From Raillietiella orientalis (Eukaryota), in assembly GCA_036172245.1 (NCBI GenBank), contig JAYWIR010000012.1:3720001-3784000 (forward strand): 64,000 bases of DNA, written 5' to 3'. The notes under the pieces were generated by a model that saw nothing but the letters and a program-made list of their open reading frames with translations, did not search any database and was not told the origin of the DNA. This document shows, piece by piece, positions 51,201-64,000 of this stretch; the first letter of the stretch is position 1; the number at the start of each line of letters is the position of its first letter. A program made the translations under genes and the position numbers.

Positions 51201-52626
51201 GTGTGCGACGTGTTTCGTTTGTAATCCCGGTCTCTACTCCTCCTCCCCTTCCCCATTCTCGCTCTCCCTTTCGACATGCGCGAAAATGATGCATCTCCCT
51301 GATTCGGAAAATTTCGTGGCACCTTTTTTTTTTTTTTGTTGTTGTTGTTTTAAATACGTTCGCCGTTTCACATAAGAAAGGAAGAGATGAGTAGGAGGAG
51401 AGAGAATAAGTCATCGTCCCTCTCTCCTCCCATTTTTGCCAGCCTGCCTTAAATATTAAATTATTTTCGAGCATCAAGAGGCGTGCGCAACCCGGCGTCC
51501 GCGTTCTGCGCCTCCTCCACCTTCCCAATCTGCAACTTTGTTTGTCCACGGATCGAAAATGAATTCCCCTTTAAAAATTCAACATCCATCCATAATTGTC
51601 AGGTCCTCTTCGTTTGCCTTTCGAGATTTCAGCGTGCGGATTATGGCTGCATCGTGTGATGGGCTTCTACGCGTGCGCGTCGGGTACACACACACACACA
51701 CACACAAATGTGTCGTTTCAAAAATAGGTTGACTGATTTGAATAATAAGAGTTATCGCACAAAGTTTCGGGGAGTTATTAATCGGTTGATCCGTCGAGCA
51801 GATTTTTTTTTTTTTGTTGTTATCCATGACCTTCTTGCGCCCATCATGTTGGGCTTCGCATGTAATATTATAATAATATGGTGGATGGAATGCTTGCGTC
51901 TGCGCACGCGCATGCGCGCGCGCGCGTGCGGTTGGCATGCTAATTTCCCGTGTGTGTGTTTCAGCTCAAGTCCAGATCGGTGCAAACATGGCGCACTGGG
52001 GGCGAATTGTCCTTGTTCTGTGGAAGTTAAGTCGAGACCTTTTCCAATCGGACCATCCAGCCCACGGTGAAAAGTATCGATGGACATGTTCTTCTTCCCC
52101 CTCCCCCCCCCTTTTTTTTTTAAAGAAAAAACAAAAAAAAAAACAAAAAGCAAAATTCCTCCTTTTCCTCCTGTCTCTCCCTCTCGTGTGTGTGTGTGTG
52201 AGTGTGCGTTTTTGTTTCCAAAAATCACTTGGCAACAAGTAGTGTCGATATATACCGTGCGACGGAAGGAGAAGCATCCCAGCGCAAGATGACGATGATA
52301 TTTTTTTGGTTGTGAACTCCCTCCCCCCCTCCCTTGCCCCCCTCCCCCCCCACCTTTTTTTCCGGCAGTTCCGTTTTGCGTTCTTCGAATCTGTGATGGG
52401 TGTTTGAAAAAAAAAAAAAAAAAAGAAAGAAAGAAAAAAAAAAAAGAAAAAAACAGGGTTGAGGCGTCTTCGGTTTTCGCGATGGACCTGTGCGATGTTG
52501 GCTTTGCTGTTGTGTCTCCCTCGTTGCATGTCGGTGTGTTTTTTGTGCTCCCTACGGACGCTGGATCGTTCCGGTGTACGGCGATGGACGGAGAGAGAGC
52601 ACCTCGATGGAACAAACAGTCTGTGC

Positions 52627-52697
52627 AAACAAACACACACATACATACACGTACACGTACACGTACACACACACACACACACACAGACACACACAGA

Positions 52698-52751
<54 letters not shown>

Positions 52752-52786
52752 GACACACACACACACATACACATACACATACAAAC
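52627..52786. repeat. Long imperfect (CA)n microsatellite
   Basis: About 160 bp of CA repeats with gtacac, gaca and cata variants. Confidence 0.97.
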
Positions 52787-53719
52787 ATGTCAGAGTGTAC
52801 ATAAAAATGTTTCGCACGATGATTTAAAAACTTTTGATTTTTTTTTTTTTTTGTTATAGTGATCTCGCTCTCTTTTCCCGCGAGCTCTGTTGCTCCTTGT
52901 CAGATGTTAAGGTCTGCGTCTCGGATTGCAGTCAGCGAACGTGGTCGTAACGAACCAGAGACATTTCGGTTTGTTTGCCTTCTTTCCTTCTTCTTCTTGC
53001 TTTTTTTTTTTTTCTTCTTTTTTTCTTCTTTTCTTCCTTTTCTCCTCCTCCTCGTCCTATTCCTGCTCCCCCCTCCCCCCTCGCGCGCCGATCTCTTCTC
53101 GAATCCCGCAGAGTTGAATCGTTCAGAAAAGCAGTGCTCTCTCTTTCCCTCCCTCCCCCCCTCCTCTCCTCTCCTCCTCCCTCTTTGTATCCCTTTTCGT
53201 GATTTTACGAAAGCTTACGTCTTTTAATTTTTATTGCGGTGTTCTCAAAGTGACCGTTGGTTGATTGGCCCTGATCACATCAAAAGATTTCTGTTTGCAC
53301 TTGCGTGCGTACCGATACCGACTCAGTTCCTTCGGACCCGAATACCAAGATCGCTTTCCATTATTATTATTATTATTAATTCGTGGTATTAATACAAACT
53401 GATCCTGTGACCTAACATTCATGTATGCTTGAATTCGGATTATGTACAAATTTAATAAATAAAAAGTATATTTATTAACAGTTTGGTGGTATTCATTTCG
53501 GCTGCTGGGCTGTCTCGTTCCTGCTGGTTACACGAAAGGAGGAAGAAAAATAAAATAAAAAAAGTTTTCCCCCCGTCTGGTGCTAGGGAGTGGCTTCAGT
53601 CCTCTCAAGTCAGGTGGAAGATGCTGCCATCACGATCTTCGCGGGGGGGAGGACACCCCGCCCTTTCACGGACTCGGGCGCTCCTGCCGTCACCGGCGTC
53701 GGGATTTGTCCACCACCCG

Positions 53720-54490
53720 GCGTGGGGTAGGGAGAGGATCGGCGCCGAGAACGCGGGGTGCCTCGTGGGTTTCGAGTGCCCCCCCTTCCCCCCCCCCCCA
53801 AGATGACGCCGGTTTGGCCTGTGTTCGGGACGCCTCCACGAAACCGGTGTCCCCATTGACTGGTTGGGGCTGGAAGGCGACCCTCCGGCCCCCATCCAGG
53901 AATCACGGAGCCCTTCGGGGTTCGCTTCCGGTTGCGAAAATGGAGCCTCCCCGCCCCCTCCCCCCCTCTTCCGGGAAGGACCGTCCATGAAGCTGTTTGA
54001 TATACCTCTCCCGAGTGTCAGCAGGCGCTCTACTCCCTTCAGGGAGCGACCCTTCAGACAAATTGGGAAGCGTCCCTTCGGGAGTTCACTTCAGAGGAGG
54101 AAGTAGGGAGCGCGTTCCCTTGCGGACGGGTTCCTTCCGGAGAAGGAATTCCAGGAGCGCGGATCCTCTCCGGGTTCCCTCCGGAGACAACCAGGGTAGG
54201 GCGAGGGTTCCCTTCAGAGTCCCTACGGGGTTGCCCCCTGAGTGAAGAGCCACACGGAGACAACCAGGGTTCCCTCCGAAGCGTGAGAGAGGGACGGACT
54301 CCCTCTTTTGGAACCTTCCCGGACGCATAGGGCGATCCCTCCGGGGTTATCCCCTATAACTGGAATGGTTTCGCGCCCCCTCAGGTGGCGTGGACGGCCT
54401 TGAAGAGCTTCGTCCTCCCCCCCCCCCCATCCTTCTCGAGGAGACGAACGGTTCTTCAGCACTTGGACAACCAAAAGAAACAAGGAAAAG
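53720..54490 (+). mobile_element. tRNA-derived SINE-like element, copy C (more diverged, head degraded)
   Basis: Shares caagatgac, gaccctccgg, ctcccttcagggagcg, gggaagcgtccct, ctccgaagcgtgagag, cataggg and cgaggagacgaacggttc plus an A-rich end with copy B. Confidence 0.75.
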
Positions 54491-57479
54491 AGCTGGAAGG
54501 AAAGCGGTGGCCCTTGGTCTCGCGAGATGCGGCCAGACCGGTTTCAGCCCAGCGGCGGACGCTTCGGGGCGCGGCCCGCAATGCTCCCGTGGCAGACGCT
54601 CACCGACCGGGCTGCGAAAGGGGTCGTCGAATCTCTTGCGTCCTCGAGACAGCAGTGCCGGAAGAGTCCGCGCTTCCAGCTTGCGCCGTTTCTGCTGCTG
54701 CTGCTGCCTGCCGCTGCGGATCCGGGTCGCCCCCTTCCCCGCGAGATTCCCTCTGTCGAAGGATAGGGGGAGGGGGAGGGGGTGGAAAAACCCACTCGGT
54801 TCCCGGCGCGGAAGGGTTTCCCCGGGAAACCCCCGCCATGGCGCTGGGTTCCGCGGCGTGCGAGAGAGCTGCCCCGCTCAATTAACGGACATTTAGCTCG
54901 ACCTAGTCGGCGCTCCCAATGACAGATGGCCGTCCCCGGGCTGCGGCCGCCGCACAGCAGCGTCCCTTTTCCGTTCGTTATCGCTTCTGTATGGACGCGT
55001 TCCGTCCCTAATTATAGAAAAAGCTGACACGGATGCCCCGAAGCCCGCGGCAGAAGTGCTTCTCCCCCTCCCCGGGCGCACCGCAAAAGCGTCTGCGCCG
55101 GCAACGCCTGCTCTTCCCGAGGACCCGACGGCAGCTGGCCTCACCGCCTCATGCGGGCAACGCCTCCTACTCCCGCTTAGTTGGTTGCACGGAGTCGCCC
55201 CGGGGAGGGGGGCTGTTCACAGGCCCGCGACGCGCGGGAGACGATCGCCGGGCGAAGTGGAGAGTCCCGAAGTCCTCCCGGCTCGTCCCAAGGGCCGTCG
55301 ACGCGTTCGGAGCGGTCCCGGGAACAGCGGCAAGTGAGCTCTCGTCGGACGCGACGGTCGGCGGCAGCCACCGCCTCCTCCTCCCTCCCGTCTCCTTCTT
55401 GGGCGCAGTCCTCACTCGTGGGGCCTCTCCCACGGTCCTGCGTCGGTTCTCGCGGCCTCCCCCCTGCCTCCCCTCTCCCGCTTCCGCGGCGGCGGCGGGC
55501 GCGTTTCCCGATTTTTCATTCCACCGGCCGTGCTTGTTTGCGCGTACAACCGACCAGCCAACCCTTCCGTCCCCCCGCTTTGTCAACACGCTGCTGCCAG
55601 GTCGGACTAATTGTTTATGTGCAGGAGCATCTGCGGACCGGACATTCCTGCGCAATCGCGCCGCCATTTGTGTGCGCGGAGCGACGCTACCCCCCTTCCG
55701 CTGAAGTGTGTCCGTGCGCCGCGGCACTTTGCGCCCCGTGTACGTGCTTTCGGGTACCCCGCGGACACTTCCTTGAGCCGGAAGATGTGCACGGGGTCAC
55801 GGCGCGCGCCTCCGAGCGTCCCTCTCCTCCCTCCCCGGCACAGGCGTCCAATCGCGCGCGGCCTGCTCTCGGTCGAACCCCGCTCTCCTGCGATGAGCCG
55901 TCAGTGAATCGGAAGGGATGCGGGAGAGAGGGGTCCAATATTCGTGATTTTCATTTATTTTTATTCTCTGTTTTGCCTCGCATAAAGAAATTCGACGCGG
56001 TTCGAGGGAGAGCGCGACGGAAACGCTCTGCAGCCACCATCCCCCGTGATCGAGGTGTTCTATTATTAGTGCCCACGGATGATTCTTTCGGGGACCGAAA
56101 AGAACGAACCCCTTCCCCCCCCCCCTCCTCTCCCCTCGCCCTCCGCCCCACCGTCCCATCCTCACCCGGGGAACGAAACGGAAGTACAAGCCTTTTCGGA
56201 GACGGCCACTGGTTGAGCGCATCTCCTTGCCGCGGATCCGCGCTCCGATCTTTTTTATCATTTTTTCGCCGTTTGTCACGCGTTCCGCGGGCGAAAGCGT
56301 GCCGAACGGCAGCGGCACGGCACACAACTCGCGCGGTAGCGCGCACGGCCCTTCCTTCCTCCTCCGCGGCAACGGATGGGTAGCTCTGAAAGGAAAGCAA
56401 TTAAAATCCCTTTGAATGCGGGGTCAAGCCGTTGCGTCCCGGGAGGGAGGAAGGGGGGGGGGGGAAGGAGAAGAGGAAGAAAGGAAACGAAAGCAAAAAC
56501 GTCGTTCCCACCGCGGAGATTTTGATGGTCCTGCCTTCCTGCTGATACTCGAGGCAGCCGCGGATGCGGGGGACGTGATAACGAAACACTGAGGAGAACT
56601 GGAGGAAGAGGGTGGGCGCGCGCGCCTGCGCGGCCATTTTCGCCGCCGCGCGCGCCGAAGTAGCCGAATGGCGGCTTCCCGTCCGCGTAATTCGATTTCG
56701 GACGGGGAAAGGCTACTAATCCTAACTACGCTGAAGGTTTCCAACAACTGCCTTCGATTTGCAGTTTGTCTGGAGAGGAAGGAGAGAAAAAAAAAAAAAA
56801 AAAAACCTGTCTCAGCACCCTGTTCGCTGGCCTTGTGTGTGTGCGCGCGTGTCTTTGTGTTCCCCCCCCCCCCTCATCCCGAACCCAATTTTCCAACCTC
56901 AGGACATCATGGCAGGAGCTTGCTGAAATGTCGCCTGCGCGATGCTGTGCTCTGCTTCATGGCTCTCCCAGTCGAGATTTTTTTCGTTTCCCTCTCGCTG
57001 CATTCGTGTGCAGTTTCATCCTTCCTCTCCTTTCCTGCCCGAGCCACCTCGCGGCGCTCATTCTCAGCTGAGTCGTGTTGGCGTTTGGAGCATTCGGTTT
57101 GGTGCGCACGGAGCCATCCGTTCGGCTTTCGAGCGGGGGCCACTGTAATGCCTAAGGGGATCGGCAAGCCTCGTACTCCGATTCCCTCCCACCACTATCG
57201 GGTGTTTTTCCACTATTATTAGTAGTAGTAGTTGTATTGCTTTTTCTATTACTGCAAGCGAGCGGAGCAAAAAGAAGTGGGTGATGCAGGGGTACCACCC
57301 AGCTCTTCGCAATTCATTTCGCTCAAGTATTTACTTTTAGGTGCCTTCATTTTTCATCTTCGGACGTGTTTTGTTTCGTACCACTCGTGCACATTTTCAT
57401 CATCATCTTTTCCTCTCGGCTTGACAGTGAAGGCTGTAGCCAGCTTTATCACCTGAAACAGCAGCTTCATATGCGATTG

Positions 57480-60400
57480 CTCGGAAACAAGTGTTTCGCC
57501 CGCTCTCCACTGAGGTGTCTCCTCCGTCTTGCCATCTACTGCTTGCGCACGGGCGGATGCACAGATCTCCTCTCGAAGGGCAGGCCCTCCGAGAGGAGAT
57601 CAGGGAGTTCAGCACGTACAAGGAGATGGGAAAGACGGGGTGCTGGATTTCGAGGGGGATCCGCAGCAGGAAGTGCGGTGCATACAGTGTTGCCAGCTTT
57701 CAGTCGGACCCGAAGGAAAAGCTTGACCCGGTAATGCTGGGTCGGTTTACAGCCAGGTTATTTCCTAGAGTGCACCACTGAGAGGCCCCTCCGCTTACAA
57801 GTACGATGATGGGTGACGGTTCGGAGAAAACTGCCATGGCCTGGGGGACAGGGGGGGGGGTAAGGAAGGGAGCTTCTGGACGCTTTTTTCCGTTGGCCTT
57901 TTTTCGTTCCGCCTCAGCCTGCTGTGTTCGTTTCCGCACTATCCTCAGCGGAGTACATCTTTGCCCAGGGCTCGCTTGGGACTTTTCAGGAAAAATGCAT
58001 CCCTCCAGAAAGCTTCCCTTGTTTATCTTTTTGCCATCAGTTTCGCCCGACGTCTCGGTTCGCTCGCCGAAGCTTTCCGGCGAAGAGGCACCTGCGGTGG
58101 TGGCGGCGCGCTGCGGATCGGCATATCCGTTTCGGCGGGCGTGGCCAGACTTGCCAGAACTGCAGGGGCGGAGGAGGAAGATTTTCAGGCGGACGCCTCC
58201 GACTCGCTGCGTGCCGCGCACGTGCCGTCCCACGGACCGGGCGCCCACCTCGACTCTCTCTCCTCCCCCATTCGGCTGAGGATCGCTTCGGCGGCGGAGG
58301 GAAGGACGGACAGGTGGCGCTCCGAGCGGCCGGCTGCTGCTGCACGTGCGCGCGGCTCGCCGCCGCCGCCGCCGTCCGAGAGCGCACGGGGGCTTCTGCG
58401 GGGTGGGACCGCGCGCGCGTTGAGCCGATTCTAGGCGCGTCCATCGATCTTCCGGTCCGAAGTCTCTTCCGGCTGGCATCGACCGATCTTCATCCTCCCG
58501 GACCGCCGGAGATCCCGAAGCACAGCTCGCCGGCGGAAGACTTCCTGCATACTGGGGAGCAACGGCGTCTCCCCGAGAGACGACGACGACGCCAGGGCGC
58601 CGAAAGGGGACCAGGTCCTTTGCGCGGGTTTGTTGTCGTCACAGCCCCGGAGGGGGGGGGGGAGGGACCAGGACCATCCGACCCCTCCTCCCTCCCCTCT
58701 CTCGGGGCACAGGGCTGTTTCATTCCACCCGCCGGCGGCCTTCAAAGGAACCCCCCTGCGGGTCCCTTCGCGTTCCCTTGCGCTATCCTTCCCCGGACGC
58801 CGAGCGGACTTCTCCGGAGGCGGCGACGAGCGCCTCGGCGCGCACCTCTGACGCGAGCCCGGGGTTCCCGCCTGCAGAGCCCCTGGCGGCGGCTCTTGGA
58901 CGTAGCCGCGCGGCTGCCTCCGGGAACGCGCTCTGGGACAGTCAGCTCTTCCGGGAGAGCGATCCTAGCAACGTCGTGTCCGGGACCTTTCGGGACTACA
59001 CGTTCGGGCAGGATTTTGCAGCATGCGGAGGGGGAGGCGTGTACGAAACAATGCAGGGGAAAAGTCTCTAAAAATAGCCTCGTCTTTTTTTTCTTTTTTT
59101 TTTTTTTCGTGCATGGGACGTGACGCGCCGAAGGAGCTCACGACATGACACTGGGAAATCAGGGAGGAATTCTGGCCTCCCTGCATTCTCCAACTCAAAA
59201 ATAAACCCACGCTTCCCCGCGTGGCGTTGCTGAAGGAGATGCTGCTGCCTGTTGTCGGCGAAATGCTGAGAAGACCACGGGTGCTGAGCCACGCAGAGGG
59301 AAAGCGGCAGCAACTACCGCGGAGGAGAGGCAGGGAACTCCTCGCGTTTCGTCTGACGGCTCCAGGGCACGTTCATCTCCCAGGAGGTTTCCTCCTCTTC
59401 CGCGTTCACCTCAGCAGTTGCTGAATCGCCACACCAACTCCTCCCCTTCCCCTGTCGGACTCCCGCCGGAACATCGGAGGGAGGCGGAGGGCCAAGAAGT
59501 ACCGCCGTCTCTACGACCGTCCTCGTCACGCGGAGAGGCTGCGGCCGGATGCAAGGCGAAGAGACCGACCACGAGGCGGCGGCAGTGGCGAGCTCCTCGG
59601 CGCGTTGCCGGGGGTGCTGTCGCCCGTGTGTCCTCCCTTCCGCTTCCCCAGGGAGCGACCAGGATCCCCTGCTGGAACACCGGGCGGTTGCTAGCAACTC
59701 GCATGCGCGCAGCCGCCGACCTGCAGAGTCCCTGGCGACGGGTCTTGGATGTGGCGGGTCTCGCGGTAGCCTCCCCTGCGGCAGACCACGAGGCATCTCC
59801 GCTGCTGCCACAGGACGGGGGATGGGCAACGGGGAGTCCCACCGCCCTTCTTCCGTTGCCTAGCCTTCGAGGGAGAAGGAGGCTGCCTGCTGCAGGCGAA
59901 CCTGCCTACGCCAGGACACCCTACCGTCGCCTCCCCCTCCTCCTTATTGATCGGTCCCCATTCGTCGCACCTCCTCCGACGCCGCGGACGTATCCCGCAG
60001 GGCCGCGGGCCGACGGCTCACGGCTCTTCCTCGCACGACCTGCGGCGCCGAAGGGGAGGAGGGACAGACCGCCGCCTCTCGCACAGAGCCAGGGTGCGCG
60101 CACGGGGAGCGATCCCGCCCACACAGGTGGGGAAGGGCCGTCCGTCCCTATGGCGAGCTTCCTGCCGAGTTCCCCCCCTTGCAGAGCGGCCCCTTCTTCC
60201 CGACACCTTCTTGCCTAAATGCCCCTTCCCCCTCCCCCCCACCTTCGGATCCTTGCTGTCTACATGCCCTTTCTCTTCACCGCCGCCGTGCACTTCTTGG
60301 GCTCCCTTGGGACGGTCCCCTGCCCCTTGGGGTCCGAGGGTCTGTTTTCACGTCTTCCCTAGGAGGCGCCTGACCCGGAGGGTGGGTTCCACTTGGCGGT

Positions 60401-61200
60401 CGCCGAAGCTGACGGGATGGATGACTTCTGCTGACCTCTCTGCTCCAGATCCCCCGCCTTGGAGCCTGTCAGGGTCGAGCCCGAAGCAGCGCTATCTCAA
60501 CCCTCCCTTTCTTTTCTGGCGACCCGGGGGACTGGGGCCTCTTACGGGCCGGAAGAGAGGCAGTGACAGCCCCTGTCGGTCTGGGAGCGGGACGGAGACT
60601 CTCGGACCGCCCCCGCAATGCGGGAGGGGAGGGGGGGGAATTGAGGACGCCTGGTCGTTTCCTTACTGTCCCGAGGCGCGGACCGCTCCTCGGGATCGCG
60701 GGGAGGGGCACCCCCCTTCTCTCCTGTTCCGTTAGGGCGCGGGTAAGGCAGAAGGGGATGACCCTTGGGTACCCGAGCCCTTGTCAGCACGTCCCCGCAC
60801 GAGTACTCGCTCCGTTGACGTGGCAACCGCCTGCCCCTCCGTAGTTTCCTCGCGGTGGGACTAGCAAGGGGAGGGGAAACGCCGGAGTCCACCCTTCGTC
60901 CCCTCCTCCCCCCTCTCGCCGGAGCCCCGCCCCGGTGCACCCCAGAAAAGCCGGAAGTCCCGAATGCTGTCCGGCGGCTTCCTGCGCCCTCGCGCGAAAA
61001 GCCGCCGCGGGCGTTTTCGTCCCTTCTGGAGCAGCGGGGATGCGCGCGCCCGCGCGCCTCCCTCACCTTCCTCTCCCTCCAACCCCGCTCCCCTCCCGTC
61101 CCCTCTCTCCGGACGCGTGCTGGGTTGTGCGCGTCATTTGCACGCGTGCTGGGCACGTGCGTGCCCTTGCCAGCCACGGGCAGGTAGGGAGCCTCCGGGA
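57480..61200 (+). mobile_element. Near full-length but decayed I-group LINE (gag-like ORF1, endonuclease, RT)
   Basis: ORF1-like SVASFQSDP..LDPVMLGRFTARLFP. Endonuclease-like AAASGNALWDS (GDFNAH..LWGS). RT-like LLPQDG (APGPDG), RLPAAGEPA (.FP.AW..A), AQSQGARTGS (QxGFRxGRS), RRLTRRVGST (RxFRVRVG.T), LSGGFLRP (ATGAFRTSP). Confidence 0.6.
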
Positions 61201-61779
61201 ATGCGCCCTTCCGGGGTCGGAGCTCGCGCGCGCTTCCCTGTTAGCGCGCCGCCGTCGTGAACGCAATCACGAAGATCACGCGCGCGCGAGAGGGAGGGAG
61301 GTGTATGGGGGGGGGGGGAGAGGAAGGAACCAGCGGGACTCCCCTTCCTCCCGGCTCCCCGCGTCCCGGAGGCGGCCATCGCCGAGCGGGAGGAGTCGTT
61401 TCCGGGGAGAGCAGGAAACCGAACCAATTACGGCCGTTTCCGATTGGCCCGGTCTCATTACAGCCCCGGTTACCGGTGGCAACGGCTTGTGTGCTGCACG
61501 CAGCACGCGCTGCTGCGGCACCGCGGGCAGTGCGTTCTGTTGCGTCACGCCGGCGCTCCCCCTCTCTTCTTCCTCCTCCCCGCCCGCCCACTGCTGTTTC
61601 CTTTTCCCGCTCGCTCGCGCGACGCGCGCTTTCCCGCCGCGCGGGCGCGCGAAGCGATCCGCAGGTGGCGGGCCGCGCGCCTCCCACCCACGGCCGCGGA
61701 AATGCTCGCTGCGGTTTACCGCGCGCGCGCACGTCGCTCCGACGGGAGAGGGGCGCGGACGTTCGCGCCAGCAGTGCGC

Positions 61780-64000
61780 ACGTGCATCCTTGGATCTATA
61801 AATAGGTCCCTTCTTGGGACTGTTTGGGGGTGGCGTGGACGCGGCACCGCCCGCGACGTCTCTCCGCTCCTGTATCCTGCGCGCAAATGCGGCCTTCTCC
61901 CGACGCTCCGGAGAGGGCGTGCGCGTCGGCCCTTCCTCCTGGGCGGAGTCACCGTAGCTGGGCGAAGGCTGGAAGGCAGCAACCTCGTCCGCCTGGCAGC
62001 CCCCCTTTCATAACGACGGAGGGTCGGGGTGTGGCTTCCCGCTCCCTCCCTCCAGGCAGGGCACTCTTTCTGGGGGGCACGCAAAGCAATCTCCGGGCGG
62101 AGGCTCCTACCGCGGGCCTGGGCCTCGAGTCCGCTTCCCATGATGACACTCCATCTGGTCAGGCTTCCGACAGCCTTTGCGATGGCTCATCCCATTGACG
62201 TGGCAACCTCGCGTCCCTCCCTCGGCGCAGTGGGTCGCGGGCGCGATGCGCCAAGTGAGCTCGCCGCGGTGGCGCATCGCACGGGAGGGAGTGCACGGCC
62301 CCCGGAGGCGCAGCCCTCAGCTCGTTGCCGAGGAGACGAAGGAGCCTCAAGAAAAGCCACTGGCGGTCGGAGGGGTGGCAGGTCGGCTCGCCCCTTCCCC
62401 TACCCTCACCCTCTGTCTCCATGCTATGATCTTTATTAAGGTCACGCGGAGACGCCACGTCCTTCGTCCGTTCTACAGATTCTCCTCCTCTCCTTCTATT
62501 CCTTGTCCCCCCTTCCTCCTCCTTTCCTTCTCTTCCACCTCCTCCATCCCGTTTCCCCGTTCCAGATATCCTTCCGGAATCTGAGAGCAGCAGAAAAGGA
62601 GGAGGAAGAGGAAGAGGAGGAACGGGAGGAGGAAGGGAAGAAGAGGATGAAAGGTGGAGGAGGAAGAGGAAGAGGAGGACGACGACGCTGGCGCACCCCT
62701 TGCGGGATTCTCGGATACGTCAGCTGGCGCCTTGAAAGGGAGAAAGATTGCAGAGCAGAGAAGTCACCTGTCGTCCCCTCTTCGTTCCATCGACCCATCT
62801 TCCTTTCGGGTTCCACCTTGGCAACGGACGCACCGAGACGGCGGAGGCGGGGCAGAGGTGAAAAAGGGAGAAGCGAACCTCTCACCCCACCGTACGTCAC
62901 TGTCCAGCAGGGAGTACCGCTCTCTGAGCACGGGAAGAAGGAAGGGAGCTGACCTTCGAAGAGTACGTGCTTTTCTCGGGGAAGCGGCGATCTGGGGTTA
63001 TCCCTTCTCCCTGTCTCTCATCGTCCGCGGAGGACGGACGTTCCGGCAGGGCAGGATGCCGCCGGGCGTCCTCCCTACCAGTACGAACAGCAGCGGGGTC
63101 AGCGTGGGAGAACCACGCCTGGGGCGCCTCTGCCCATGGGACCTGCGGGGGCGGGGAAGGGCGGTTGTAGCCGCAGAGGAGTTTATCCTTTCTTCCTTCT
63201 TCCCTCCTCTTCTACTCCTGGTTCCTAGTCGTGTCCCCGAATTTCGTTGCCGGGATACAGGTGTCCACCACCGCGTTGCACCACCGGGAGTGGAGGTGCA
63301 TGGCCGCGTGCAACTCCGGCGGGCTCGCACCACGTCATACCCCTCTGTGACAACCCGGGAGCTCCGTCAATGTCGGCGGCCGACGTGGCCGTCAAGGCCT
63401 TGGCCAATTTCCGGCTGGGGGTCGACCTACGTGGGTCTCCCCCTTCACGGGAGTGGGGTCAGCCGTAAGCGAAACTCGGAACTGCCCTGGGTCGTGGATC
63501 TTCCCTCGATCCCGGGTGGGGCCGCGGTGAGGCGACCCCGAGGGCGCTGCTCGGGAAGGGTGGTCACCTCCTCCTCCACCTTGACGACGACGGGGATTGG
63601 TCGCGGAGGGAGTCTTGCCGCCTTGGGATTCCATCGAAGGGGGAGGAGTGCAACCCCAGTTGATCCTGCTCGGCTCCCTTCCTCTCATCCGTTCCTAACA
63701 GGAATCCAATAAATCGCCACGGCGGGGAAGAGGGGGGGGCTGGATCCAGGAGAGCGCGGATTGATCGCCGGCGATCGATAGCCGGAGGGAGGAGGCGGCC
63801 GCGCCTCCGGAGCTGCAGATTTGTCCAAGGAGGAGGGCGCATGGGCTTGTATGCGTGCGTGAAAGCGCGGACTGGTGAGCGAGCGGTAGAAGGGATCACG
63901 AGCGGGGAAGGATCTCACCCCACCCCTACCCCCACCCTGCCTCACCTTCGACGCAGCGGCGGGGCGCCCCCGACGCAGCGGCATCGCGCGCCCTGCCCCA
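61780..64000 (+). mobile_element. Decayed I-group LINE (endonuclease, RT) running off the window end
   Basis: LYPAR...RPFLLGGV...LEGS (LY.PP...PF...GDFN...WGS), SWR...EKSPVVPSSFHRPIFLSG (W...GKDP..PSSYRPI.L.S), DLRRV (DLEKA), RTFRQGR (RTFRVR), WGSTYVGL (WGAD...L). Confidence 0.65.

Noticed and set aside
51752..52859. Cys/Val- and His/Thr-repeat ORFs
   Set aside because: Translations of the (CA)n microsatellite.
52904..53465. Possible terminal exon (acceptor ccttgtcag ending at 52903, AATAAA at 53454)
   Set aside because: The phase-0 reading runs into low-complexity F/L/P sequence with no recognisable motif; it cannot be supported without RNA data.
1..64000. CRISPR arrays, rRNA genes, prokaryotic operons or defence systems
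   Set aside because: No regularly spaced direct repeats, rRNA signatures or dense gene packing; the sequence is eukaryotic in character.

Overview
This is eukaryotic, probably arthropod, nuclear DNA. The chelicerate/tick-like assignment is inferred from the transposon types and the exon motifs. There are no prokaryotic operons, rRNA genes or CRISPR arrays. One convincing protein-coding exon is present (+ strand, 48743-49359, canonical splice signals, ending in the FAM53-like motif RPFLDLEKMQ). The rest is mostly heavily decayed transposons, which I recognised by eye from residual motifs in the six-frame translation: I-group and RTE-like LINEs, Ty3/gypsy pol fragments, and PIF/Harbinger, piggyBac, hAT, pogo/Tigger and Tc1 relics. 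Also present are three copies of an approximately 0.75-0.9 kb tRNA-headed SINE-like family, a probable mitochondrial (nad2-like) insertion, an exact 138-bp duplication, a CCAAT-CCAAT-CHR promoter-like motif cluster and several microsatellites. Almost all long ORFs in the track are by-products of GC-rich decayed repeats. Relic boundaries are approximate (a few hundred bp) and no searches were run. I found no well-supported new biological system. The best leads are the FAM53-like exon, the SINE family, the NUMT and the orphan promoter.
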